Part shown: in pieces, positions 17,901 through 25,111 of the stretch | Position numbering within the stretch: position 1 is the stretch's first letter | Layout: each line of letters begins with the position of its first letter | DNA from: an uncultured Clostridia bacterium | GTDB taxonomy: Bacteria; Bacillota; Clostridia; Christensenellales; Borkfalkiaceae | Length of the DNA stretch: 64,000 bases | Assembly: GCA_964592605.1 (NCBI GenBank) | Contig: CAZQFP010000001.1 | Coordinates: forward strand, 6,755 to 70,754 | Direction: 5' to 3' | The notes under the pieces: generated by a model | The model's input: the letters and a program-made list of their open reading frames with translations, nothing else | What the model was told of the DNA's origin: nothing | Database searches by the model: none | Translations under genes and position numbers: made by a program

Positions 17901-19473
17901 CGGCAATATAGTCGCCGTTTTCGCCGTAGCCCGAAATCATAACGTACTTATAGGTTTTTGTCTGTTCGCCCTTCAACATTTGCTCGTTGAAGTCGTACAT
18001 CTTCATATTTACGTTACTTGAATCTTCGTAGTAAATGGGTTGAGCTTTGCCGTCCGCCTGCACCGTCATATAGCGCGAAAGCTGACCGTTGATACTTGCA
18101 ACGGAAAGCGCGCCCGTAAACGTTGAAGGCGAACCTACCGTACCCGAGTCGGGACTGTCCGCACGGTTTGTACCGTATGCACTGCCGTAGCCCGAGCTGA
18201 ACTCGTTACTTGCCGCGCAAACAAGGTTTATGCCGCCGTCCCTTATTTTGCCGTAAACTTCGTTCATCCACTTGCCTTCGGTATCGCCGTCTATATCTAT
18301 GGACGAGAAACCGCCCGAAGTTCCGAGCGACATATTTATTATGTCTACGTCAAGTTTAATGCAATCTTCAAGTGCGGCAAGTATATCTTCAGTTACGGCG
18401 CCGCCCAAATCTTTGCTTTCGAAGTCGTCCGTGAACACTTTACATATTACGAGCTGAGATTCGGGAGCAACGCCGCGGAAAGTCAACGGATTGCCGTCTT
18501 TGTCCTTTGCCACTTCGCCTTCTTTATTCGTATAGCTGTCATCCTTGCCGCCTATGATGCCCGCAACGTGCGTGCCGTGCTGGGAGTACGAAGGATAAAC
18601 GTCCGCGTCATGATCGGCGTAGTCGTAGGCAAAGGGAACTTTTGCGCTTACGTATACGTCGTCCACGGTAGAATTTGTGGCTTCGACGGAAAAGTCGTTG
18701 GAATTCATTAAACTACGCACTCTTTCTTTGGTGAGCGAAACTTCTGCGGGGTCGTGGCTGAAAGCGCTGTGCGTGTAATCGAGACCGGTATCGAGTATGG
18801 CAACCACCATTCCGCGGCCGTCTATGCCCTGTTCAACGTACTTTGAAGAATTGTAAATACCTGTTGCGTATACGTTACTGGGGTTTATGGTTTCAGACTG
18901 CTGTTCGGATTCAACAGCCTGCGGGTATGCGTATGTTGAAGAATAAACCACCGATTTAACGGAGTTTATGCTCTTGATTTTTGAAACATTAGCGGCGTCA
19001 GTAGTTATAGCCACCGCGTTGGTTACGGTGTTGTAGCTGTCAATGTATTTATAGCCTATTCCCTTGCTTGTAAGCTGGGTAAAGAAGTCGCGCTGACTGC
19101 TTTCTATTGATTTCAGCGCCTTTGCGCCTGCCGAGCTTGCAACGTATTCGGTAACAGGCATACCTGCGGGAGCGCTTTCGAGTATGCTGTCCGCGTCAAG
19201 TTCGACTATGACGGTGTGCTTTCCGCTTACGTTGCTTGTGGAAGACGCCGAGCCGTCGCTTTTTAAAACGCTTGAATTGAGATTGCTTAAAGCTACGCCC
19301 TGCAAGTCGATTTGACCTGTTACGTCTTCAAACGATACGGTATCGTAATCGCGCGACGAGCCGCTTGCGCTTTTATTGTCGTCGGCAAAAGCAAGCACGT
19401 TGCCCGCTACAAACGTTGAAACCATTAACGCGCTTAAACATATACACGACGCGTTCTTTAACTTTTTAGTCAT
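11944..19473 (-). CDS. giant cell-surface subtilisin-family (S8) serine protease with PA-domain insert, Big_2-like Ig domains, long BspA-type leucine-rich-repeat region and C-terminal TM anchor (2509 aa)
   Basis: Signal peptide (..VLAFA/DD). Catalytic triad motifs are VAILDTGLDYTH (Asp, about nt 18795), SQHGTHVAGIIGG (His) and SGTSMASPNMAG (Ser, about nt 17496). PA-like insert PVIAVVQRGSNTFEDKVGVAMRNGAAAIIVYNN. Big_2-like segments (VALVKNGQIFAKSVGETTITVIG; NVASVDQNGKVT). About 25-30 repeats of the I-x-IP-x-SVT-x-IG-x-x-AF-x-x-C-x-x-L type. C-terminus is GGNCSGCG, then a TM helix, then KKRN. GGAG RBS. Confidence 0.85.
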   Translation of the reverse strand: MTKKLKNASCICLSALMVSTFVAGNVLAFADDNKSASGSSRDYDTVSFEDVTGQIDLQGVALSNLNSSVLKSDGSASSTSNVSGKHTVIVELDADSILESAPAGMPVTEYVASSAGAKALKSIESSQRDFFTQLTSKGIGYKYIDSYNTVTNAVAITTDAANVSKIKSINSVKSVVYSSTYAYPQAVESEQQSETINPSNVYATGIYNSSKYVEQGIDGRGMVVAILDTGLDYTHSAFSHDPAEVSLTKERVRSLMNSNDFSVEATNSTVDDVYVSAKVPFAYDYADHDADVYPSYSQHGTHVAGIIGGKDDSYTNKEGEVAKDKDGNPLTFRGVAPESQLVICKVFTDDFESKDLGGAVTEDILAALEDCIKLDVDIINMSLGTSGGFSSIDIDGDTEGKWMNEVYGKIRDGGINLVCAASNEFSSGYGSAYGTNRADSPDSGTVGSPSTFTGALSVASINGQLSRYMTVQADGKAQPIYYEDSSNVNMKMYDFNEQMLKGEQTKTYKYVMISGYGENGDYIAVSKEFKGEEPVIAVVQRGSNTFEDKVGVAMRNGAAAIIVYNNVAGTIRMNLGDMENPIPSASVSLDAGELLRKATNGGRVGYITLNESFQEGPFMNDYSSWGATPDLKLKPDLTAHGGEITSTVAGGYDEQSGTSMASPNMAGFAALLTSYIKTNENLVCTPDKYTELTNQILMSTATTVYDREGLPYSPRKQGAGLATLDNAFTTNAYLYTDNDDDKRPKIELGADMLKKGSNKGNGVYNMTFKVKNFGADSLTFKTQAIFFTETTALNGLAVAEKAHLFSDKGTWKVNGTALADGQTFTVSKGDTAEISVTLTLTKTEKDYLENSFVNGMYVEGFLKLIAETDGQCDLTCPFMGFYGDWGKAPMLDMDCYKKAEYDKDSQYTNLTRPQPQVWATHPYATYYNDRYTIPMGSYIYVQDENEQQIYFDAEHMAISRYNDYTDEENLGNYMTTTGLKALYTGLLRNAELVTYRLTNADTGEVIYDENGNEYRELYRVAKAFSGGGSTVPANVKLEYTPDQLGLKANGKYALEFHFYRTIEDKEAEDKMTAEEKAEYAKGNTFNMTFYVDYEAPVLIESRIKYRTSGTGANAVQTATLELDVFDNHYPQAVMLCYASEDENANADGSVVIQLATNYVTPVYNAKKNDITTVTIDITDILKSDKYKNSLYVQVTDYALNYTVYTLNMSSTNSANLPENFDIAENSKITIDKKGEKQLTLGLNEAFTVKLTGTGEADLSNFGWETGNPDVALVKNGQIFAKSVGETTITVIGKNESRKFLNVKVVEAKNTVRLNSISFEVIKNSDKGLQPAVGTVSVSAGQNFNLNVICNPWYYPADNLKLKWTSDNENVASVDQNGKVTTYDEKGNAFIKAVVLNENGTESSYSASVTLRVLDPFTITNSTLTEYNGTGGEVVLPVNENITTIGPDAFKNNKNITSIVIPETVTQIQERAFKNCTALEEVYFISKDKQPIANSKLSSILQNAFEGCTSLKLVDFSNVKTITLDKFVFKDCTALEEVRAMDNIGTMNMGAFTNCSKLEEADISGLHNSGSGSMPFNEYFCDVDENGYVTGIHSEKCGVFYGCTSLTTVTTGKYTSISDYMFYGCTSLQNVEINCARVGNYAFENCINLKTVAFGASQPNLEFYIGAFAFNNCANLNSVTFTGDKVVSLGDMAFANCPSLTTVALPNEDVAFGDGVFKNSNVTITGITTQDGALYSGTTLVLAPKTIGAGWAIKSDTTEIAPYAFSDSTLASGVTTITIPASVTKIGEGAFAYLNLQTLQLPAIAEIPNFLLYGAENITSITIPASVKVIGASAFEGCGSLATIEFAENSLLEVISDSAFKNCTSLLTVEFPAGPAVVVGESGITGGAMMGSEVFYGCFNLQSVELPSLTYLGAYTFFGCYSLTTVTFGAGSSTTGSYTFYPGNDGIGTYHSSLTSVTLGDNTLTIGASAFEACGSLVNIDLKNVVVAGAAAFKACSSLAQVTGMENLVVIGDEAFRGCSALSSLNLASAEYIGDLAFCVILDDGTTSSTRYTSVSMPKVVSIGYLAFYGGGADSVSLPASLESVGAGAFATSRLNRISIAENDKFFVENNVLYRYITSNEFELVLYPSTLTTGTYTVKDGTVAIGDYAFSGLLKSQGNSPVTKVILPYSLKTVGINAFAGSGITEYEFRSLTAPVLMEEYVDLASVYPSITGQRINTMFYYNFESRFIEYTGIVNTDLIAANKFPATLTMTYPSNGTGYNNFVYNAYFANKIVGEEILEEVTSELKQKIEALESAETVKGWASLTVNDENKAMVSAFAKEVKDAHALLNQVNDNINRGVYNSKQLELLGVENIEKLTAVETELRAIKTKFGIPTKAESLKLAEDSTHKTSYVSGEKFDMSGLKLVVVYDDFSEELADMSKIKLSAGSDGALSSLDRYVQVEGYGVKLRVNVTVSQNQGGNPNEGEEGGNCSGCGTIGSDGGFDGGFLVLLGAVGIMFAATMVAKFKKRN

Positions 19474-19572
19474 AACTACTCCGAAATTTATTGTTTACGG
19501 AAAAATTCCGCTTGTGTGCTTTTTAAACCTAACGGGAAAGCGGTGCGGTAGCACCACTTCCCCTTGTTTCAG

Positions 19573-22500
19573 TTAGTTTTTAGTTATTGTCATAGGATAT
19601 TCGCTGGTTCCATAGCTCATCTCAGCCGTGTAGGTATTACCCTGCGCGTCGGTAAGCGTGAACACGAATACGAGTTTATCGACGTCTGGTTCGGGAATGG
19701 TCGTATAGCTGTAAACGGTGCCGTCGGAGCAGATAATCTGTCCCACGCCGTTGAAGTCGTAAGTTACGCCTTCATTTTCCGCGTCGTTGGAATGCACTTT
19801 ATAGAACTTGTCGGGTTTTATAAGCTCGAACCAGTTGCCGTTTAATGCGTACGCGCCGTCCTGCTTACCACTCAACGGATTGAGAACGTATTTGACAACG
19901 CCCTGCAATCTGAGCTCCACAACGCCGAATGCGTTTTCCGAATAGTCGTACTCGGTCATTTTGCCTTCAAGCCCTATAACGGTTGCCTTACCACTGCCTA
20001 CGGTGCTTACTATAAAGCCGTCCAAAACAATCTTCTGACCGTCTTCCGCCACGTACTCGCCGGCAAATTTATCAAGCGCACCCGCCTTTATGCAACGGGT
20101 GAAGCCGTAGCGCGTACTGGGTGCTTGGCAGAGAGCTATTTCCTGCTGTTTACCCGTTACTATGCTGAGTTTAATAAGGTACAGCGTTTTGCCGCCGTAT
20201 TTAAACGACATAAGGTTTTCGGACTCATAAACGAACGTTACGTTTTCACCGCAGTAAGTGCCGCTTGCCGTGCTGTCGGAACCGACTTCGCCTACGGTTA
20301 TACTGCCGCCCAAGCCGCCGATTGTCCAGCTACCCGTAAACACGTTGACTATTTTAAGGCTTGCGTCGGGTGAGCCGCTCTTTTTAAGAACGTAACCGTT
20401 TGCGTTTTTAACTATCGTTTCGCCGCTTGTAAGCGTTACGGTATTGCCGTCTGCGCTTACAGTATAGCCGCACTCGGTGGTGTTTGCACCGTTTGTTACG
20501 GTAGCCTTACCGCCGCCCGAAAGCAAGCCGTAGCCGTTAAACGCGTAAACGTTGCCGCCGTTATCGGAAAGTTTAACGTTGCGCCATGTATCGTAGTGGT
20601 GCATTACGAAGTTATCTCCGCCGCCCGTTACCGTTACAGTATCGTTTGCGGGGCTGTATACTATGCTGTAAGTAGTACCGTTGTATTCGAACGAACCGTT
20701 GAAGCCAGTGCCATCAACGGTATAGGGTATATATTCGCCGGAAATTATCACCGTACCTTCCACGGCAATTCCCGTAGCCTGGCTTGCGCTGAGTGAATAT
20801 GCGCCGAAGCCGTCGAACGTTACGATACCGAACTTCGTGCTAAGCCATTCGCCCCTGAAATTATCGTACAGACAGAACGCCGCATTCGACAACGCACCGC
20901 CGTCTTTAATTGAATAAATTTGACCCGAAAGCGTAAGTTTTTGCAAATCGAAACCGAGCTGAGCATACATATCGCTGTCAAGGAAAATGCGCACGTAGCT
21001 GTTTTCGCCCTGCTTAACGTTTTCGTACTTCATTTCCATAGGTTGCGTAAGATAGGTGCTTGAAAGCGTTACCGTTCCGTAGCCGTCCTTGCCTATGCCG
21101 TTGAATTTAAGAGTTATCGATTCTTCGTAGAACATCTTCCACTCGCCCACGTTGCTGTTTTCGCGGTAGAAGGTCTTTTGAACGGAATTTGCAGTTACTT
21201 GCAGATAGCCGTTTTCGTCAAACTGTGCACTGCCGCAAACCGCATTACTGCCGTTATATAGCGTAACTACGCCGCCTGCAACGGTATAAGTGCCGTTCGA
21301 AGTCGAAACTTCTTTTACGGAATTTGTGCCGCCGACTTTTTCGTATTCAAAACTTGTGTATTTCCAGGTGTTTTTGCCGTCGAATTCGTAAAGTTCGTGC
21401 GCGGAAGCCGCGGTTTCCCAAACGCCTTCGAATGCGTCGTATGCCGTATACGTCGTACCGTTTACCGTAACGGTATCGGTGCCGAACGTAGCCGCAATAC
21501 CGTTTATTAAAAGGTTGGTGCCGTTGAACATATAGGTTACCGAATTGCCGTTATACTCTGCAGTACCGTCGGAGTTGAGAACCAAATTTTGATTACCCGA
21601 ATAGTACTTGCCGTAAGTTAAACCTTCAATCTTCTTTACGCCGTTGAGCGTTGCCGTCTGCGTATAGCTCTGGTTGTCGTACATTTTTATAAGGTTGCCG
21701 TCAACCGTTGCCTTGCCCGCATACAAAGCTCCGCCCGTAACAAACAGGGGACATCCGTAAAGTGTGATATACGTGCCGTCGTAAGCGTAATACGAAAGGT
21801 TCTGTGCCGCGCCGCTTGCGTACAACAACGAGCCGTCCGCTTTAAGTTCGATATAAGTTCCGCTACCTTGAACGGAAGTTTTAACGTAGTACACGCCTGC
21901 AATCTGGGAATAATCCGCAAACCCGACGTAGAGTTCTTCGCCCGTAGGCACGTACGCCGCGGGCGCCTTATAGTAATTTTCGCCGTCCTTCAAATAATAG
22001 CCGTACGATAATTCACCGTTCTTTGCTATATATTCTTCAACGCCGTTCGAAGCATACCAAAGCGACAGCGGCTGATATTTATTGAGTGTAAATGAAGCGG
22101 CATTGCCGTTCGCGCCGTTCATTTCAAGCACGTTCAAAGTTACGCTCTTTACTGCGCTTATACCCTGCTTAGCCACGGGATATGTGCCGCCGAACGTCCA
22201 ATCGGCTTCACTGAAGCCGAGAGTATTTTTAAGCGCTTCCGCACTTGTAAAATCAACACCCGAATTTTTTGCAAAGTTATTTAAAGCAAGGCCGGCAACC
22301 GATTCAACTCTGCCGCTGTCAGCGGGCCGTATTCCGCCGACTATATCGCCCCTGTGCGCATAGCTTGCACCTGCCGTTGCGTTTGCGTTAACCGTTGCAA
22401 CCGAGAAACAGTCCTTAACTATGCTGTCGCTATATACGTAACCGGCAACGCCGCCGGCATACGAACTTAAGCTGTCCGCAGTGCTGCCCGCAACAAAACT

Positions 22501-24000
22501 CGTACGGTTGTACGCGCTTACTGAAGAAGCCGAGCAATAACTCTTTTGAAGAGATGCGAAACTGTCAAGGAAACCGACGAGTCCGCCAGCATAAATAGCG
22601 CCGTTAATACTGCCGGAAGCCGCACTGTTAATTACCATTGCGGGAGCAGTTTCCGACATACCGCTCATTGCGCCGACAATTCCGCCCGCCGCAAACAGTC
22701 TGCCCGATCTGCCGTTGATGGCAACGTTAGACATACAGCCGCTAATCTGGGAAACGTGCTTATACTGTTCGTCAGCGTAATACGCCTGGTCAAAACCGAC
22801 AAGTCCGCCCGCATAGCCGCCTTCGCTCGAGTCGGCGTCCACGGTTATTTTTCCGCTTGCGGTGCAACCGCTGATTTCGGTACCCATTGCGTAGCCGATA
22901 AGTCCGCCCGCATAGAAACCGCTACGGTATTTTGCGGCGTCAACCACTATTTCGTAGTTCTCAAGATTTAAGTCCTTGATTACGCAGGGTGTCAACGAAA
23001 TTTCGCCGGTTTTCGTACGCTCGAGATTAGGACTTGTTCTGCCGAAAAGTCCGATGTATTTAACGAAAACGTCCGTAAAGCCGGACTGTTCTATTAAAGT
23101 GTCTTCCAACACGAAGTTGCTTATTTTGTGCCCGTTGCCAAGGAAAGTTCCGCTGAAATATGCAGTTTCCGTAGTTCCGTCGCCGATAATGTAAAGCTGT
23201 TCGCCCTTCATATCGATGTCGTTTTCAAGGCTGTAATACGCGCCGTTGTAAAGACCGCCATAGTAACTGTCGTTCACGATATCGGCAAGCAGGTACAAAT
23301 CCATTGCTTCCCTTATACGGTAGGGATTCTCGTAAGAGCCGTCGCCGTCTTCTCTTTGTCCGAAGTTTTTCTTAAGTTCAAGACCGGTAACGGTTATGTT
23401 CGTGTCGCGTATGGGCGAGATAGAATAAACGGTTTTGCCGCCTATTTCTTCCCCGATAAGCACCATATCGTTTGCAAGTACGGTGTAGGGATTTTCCTTA
23501 TCAACGTCGTAGTAGACGCTTATATCGATAGTGAACTTGATTTCGGTGCCCGATTCAACGTTAAGATTGTCAAGCTCGTTGCCGTCCAAATCCAAATAAT
23601 TAAGGCGGTTTTCAACCAAAGTATTGTCCGCGCCGGTGAATATTTTCAGGAAGGAAACTTTGTAAGAGCCGGACGTTGAAACGCCGCCAACCGTTACGTT
23701 GCTGTCTTCTTTCATTACGAACGAATAGGTGCCGTCAGCGTTCTTTGTAAGCGTTTGACCGTTGACTTTAACCTGCGCATCGTCCTTGCCCTGCAACTGG
23801 TCGCTGAATTCCGCGGTAAACACAACGGTGTAGCCGTCCTTTACTTCCGCACCGCTTTCAATTCCGTTAAAGTCGAAAGTTACTCCTTCGATATTTTCGT
23901 AAGTGAGTTTATAATACGCAGGGGTACCACAGCCGACAAGCGCGCAAATCGCGCAGGCTATGCTTATCATTCCCAATAAAACAGTTAAAAACTTTTTCAT
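19573..24000 (-). CDS. giant surface lipoprotein with GLUG-motif repeats (1475 aa)
   Basis: Lipobox ALVGC-GT. Repeated GGL(I/V)G motifs (YAGGLIGYAMG, GYAGGLVGF, AAGGIVGA, YAGGLVGF, YAGGVAGY) are typical of GLUG-motif domains. The remainder is Gly/Tyr/Thr-rich and looks beta-rich. I prefer the ATG at 24000 (GGAAGG RBS 7 nt upstream) over the TTG at 24003. Confidence 0.7.
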   Translation of the reverse strand: MKKFLTVLLGMISIACAICALVGCGTPAYYKLTYENIEGVTFDFNGIESGAEVKDGYTVVFTAEFSDQLQGKDDAQVKVNGQTLTKNADGTYSFVMKEDSNVTVGGVSTSGSYKVSFLKIFTGADNTLVENRLNYLDLDGNELDNLNVESGTEIKFTIDISVYYDVDKENPYTVLANDMVLIGEEIGGKTVYSISPIRDTNITVTGLELKKNFGQREDGDGSYENPYRIREAMDLYLLADIVNDSYYGGLYNGAYYSLENDIDMKGEQLYIIGDGTTETAYFSGTFLGNGHKISNFVLEDTLIEQSGFTDVFVKYIGLFGRTSPNLERTKTGEISLTPCVIKDLNLENYEIVVDAAKYRSGFYAGGLIGYAMGTEISGCTASGKITVDADSSEGGYAGGLVGFDQAYYADEQYKHVSQISGCMSNVAINGRSGRLFAAGGIVGAMSGMSETAPAMVINSAASGSINGAIYAGGLVGFLDSFASLQKSYCSASSVSAYNRTSFVAGSTADSLSSYAGGVAGYVYSDSIVKDCFSVATVNANATAGASYAHRGDIVGGIRPADSGRVESVAGLALNNFAKNSGVDFTSAEALKNTLGFSEADWTFGGTYPVAKQGISAVKSVTLNVLEMNGANGNAASFTLNKYQPLSLWYASNGVEEYIAKNGELSYGYYLKDGENYYKAPAAYVPTGEELYVGFADYSQIAGVYYVKTSVQGSGTYIELKADGSLLYASGAAQNLSYYAYDGTYITLYGCPLFVTGGALYAGKATVDGNLIKMYDNQSYTQTATLNGVKKIEGLTYGKYYSGNQNLVLNSDGTAEYNGNSVTYMFNGTNLLINGIAATFGTDTVTVNGTTYTAYDAFEGVWETAASAHELYEFDGKNTWKYTSFEYEKVGGTNSVKEVSTSNGTYTVAGGVVTLYNGSNAVCGSAQFDENGYLQVTANSVQKTFYRENSNVGEWKMFYEESITLKFNGIGKDGYGTVTLSSTYLTQPMEMKYENVKQGENSYVRIFLDSDMYAQLGFDLQKLTLSGQIYSIKDGGALSNAAFCLYDNFRGEWLSTKFGIVTFDGFGAYSLSASQATGIAVEGTVIISGEYIPYTVDGTGFNGSFEYNGTTYSIVYSPANDTVTVTGGGDNFVMHHYDTWRNVKLSDNGGNVYAFNGYGLLSGGGKATVTNGANTTECGYTVSADGNTVTLTSGETIVKNANGYVLKKSGSPDASLKIVNVFTGSWTIGGLGGSITVGEVGSDSTASGTYCGENVTFVYESENLMSFKYGGKTLYLIKLSIVTGKQQEIALCQAPSTRYGFTRCIKAGALDKFAGEYVAEDGQKIVLDGFIVSTVGSGKATVIGLEGKMTEYDYSENAFGVVELRLQGVVKYVLNPLSGKQDGAYALNGNWFELIKPDKFYKVHSNDAENEGVTYDFNGVGQIICSDGTVYSYTTIPEPDVDKLVFVFTLTDAQGNTYTAEMSYGTSEYPMTITKN

Positions 24001-24090
24001 CAAAATACCTTCCTGTGAACGCGTTTACAGGCTCCTTTTTTCAAGGTTCAGCCGCAAACAAGCTATATGTCCCATAATAATAGCCTTAAC

Positions 24091-24119
24091 ATTATACAAT
24101 ATAGTAAACAAAAATTCAA
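24091..24119 (-). promoter_or_regulatory. candidate sigma-A promoter of the surface-protein/Opp locus
   Basis: On the minus strand: TTGAAT (24119-24114), 17 nt, TATAAT (24096-24091), about 90 nt upstream of the start codon at 24000. Confidence 0.4.
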
Positions 24120-24425
24120 CTGATTTCCAATCGTTTAATAATTATAAGTATGCGCATTTTTATAGCGGTAATAAGCACAGATTATACCCCAATTAACGTA
24201 TATCCTTCGTTTTTGTCGTTTTCCGCAATAAAACAAGCAATTTTTTGTCAAAAACGGATAAAAACGCATCAGTTTTAAAACTTTTTATAAGAAAATCTTT
24301 TTAAAATAATATGCCGTCCGCAAAATAATCGTAATATTTTTGTATGCATAATTTTTGTATAATTTTATATTTTAACCATTGCAACAGGCTAAAAAACTGT
24401 TTTTTTGTCCTTTACTAAGAAAAGC

Positions 24426-24452
24426 GGCGCAAGCGTTTAAAGCGCTTGCGCC
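24426..24452. terminator. second (outer) hairpin closing array A; bidirectional terminator-like
   Basis: GGCGCAAGCG / CGCTTGCGCC 10-bp stem, followed by T-rich runs on both strands. It occupies the same position as hairpin 32091-32117 of array B but has an unrelated sequence. Confidence 0.6.
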
Positions 24453-24467
24453 TGATTTTAATTTTAA

Positions 24468-24739
24468 GCCCCCGAAAGGGGGCGACCTGCCCGCTTAGAA
24501 ATAAGCTAATGCGGGTAAAAGCGCGGCTATTCCACGCCGTTACCGCAAGGACGGTCCAGTTCGCCATGCATCAAAGCAAGGCAGGACAAAGTTCCCTTCA
24601 ACTCATAACAATTCTGTTACGTATTCCTTGAAATACGCAATACCGGTAAACCTGCTTTTTTCTTGTCATACTGAGCCTTGGCGAAGTATCTCGTGAGATT
24701 CTTCACTACGTTCAGAATGACATTCACAGGTGAGTTCAT
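24468..24739 (-). ncRNA. conserved structured RNA-like segment ('scaffold') terminating cassette array A; class not recognised
   Basis: Reverse complement of 31861-32072 with roughly 85% identity by eye outside indels. It shares the same series of hairpins, with compensatory or loop-restricted differences. It ends (minus strand) in GCCCCC-UUUC-GGGGGC plus a U/A-rich tract (24468-24483). It carries a 73-nt insertion in the first hairpin loop. Confidence 0.55.
24664..24722. repeat. MITE-like imperfect palindrome (TGTCATxCTGAG...GAAG-ATCTC / GAGATTCTTC...CAGAATGACA) inserted in scaffold A
   Basis: Left arm TGTCATACTGAGCCTTGGCGAAGTATCTC and right arm GAGATTCTTCACTACGTTCAGAATGACA are inverted copies. 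Absent from the otherwise collinear scaffold B. Same family as 42170-42248 and the half-copies listed below. Confidence 0.7.
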
Positions 24740-24911
24740 GCGCGGGCCGCACCGAATACCAACGGAAATCATCGCCCTGGCTAGTAGCACCAGACTGAGA
24801 AACTGCAAGTGTAAGGTTTGTATGTTCGTGGTAGCCGGAGCGCAGCGGTGCGTAAAAATAAAAAAACTTTGCCCTTTTGCACATTTTAACATATTAAGCC
24901 GTATGTTACAA
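24740..24911 (-). repeat. cassette unit A1 (promoter + leader box + invariant 18-mer + variable core + invariant 14-mer)
   Basis: Minus strand: TTGTAA (24911-24906), 17 nt, TAAAAT (24888-24883), AGGGCAAA box, T-run, GCACCGCTGCGCTCCGGC (24852-24834), 80-nt core (24833-24754), GGTGCGGCCCGCGC (24753-24740). Confidence 0.75.
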
Positions 24912-24926
24912 CTAAACCGAGTTGGA

Positions 24927-25096
24927 GCGCGGGCCGCACCGTGTACCAGCGGTCAGACCTACCATTGCCCATACCGCCATCGACGTAGAGAATGTAAGCA
25001 TTTCTCGTGTCGCCGTAGGCGCCGGAGCGCAGCGGTGCGAAAAATAAAACTTTTGCCCTATATGCGCATTTTAACATATTAAGTTGGTCGTTGCAA
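24927..25096 (-). repeat. cassette unit A2
   Basis: Minus strand: TTGCAA (25096-25091), 17 nt, TAAAAT (25073-25068), AGGGCAAA, T-run, 18-mer (25039-25021), 80-nt core (25020-24941), 14-mer (24940-24927). Confidence 0.75.
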
Positions 25097-25111
25097 CTAA
25101 CCTGAGTTGGA

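Noticed and set aside
24004-24423. A riboswitch or c-di-GMP element in the long AT-rich region upstream of the GLUG lipoprotein gene.
   Set aside because: Only a promoter-like TTGAAT-17-TATAAT and a small hairpin overlapping the RBS (CCTGT...ACAGG) are visible. I found no conserved riboswitch core sequence. The rest is low-complexity AT-rich DNA.
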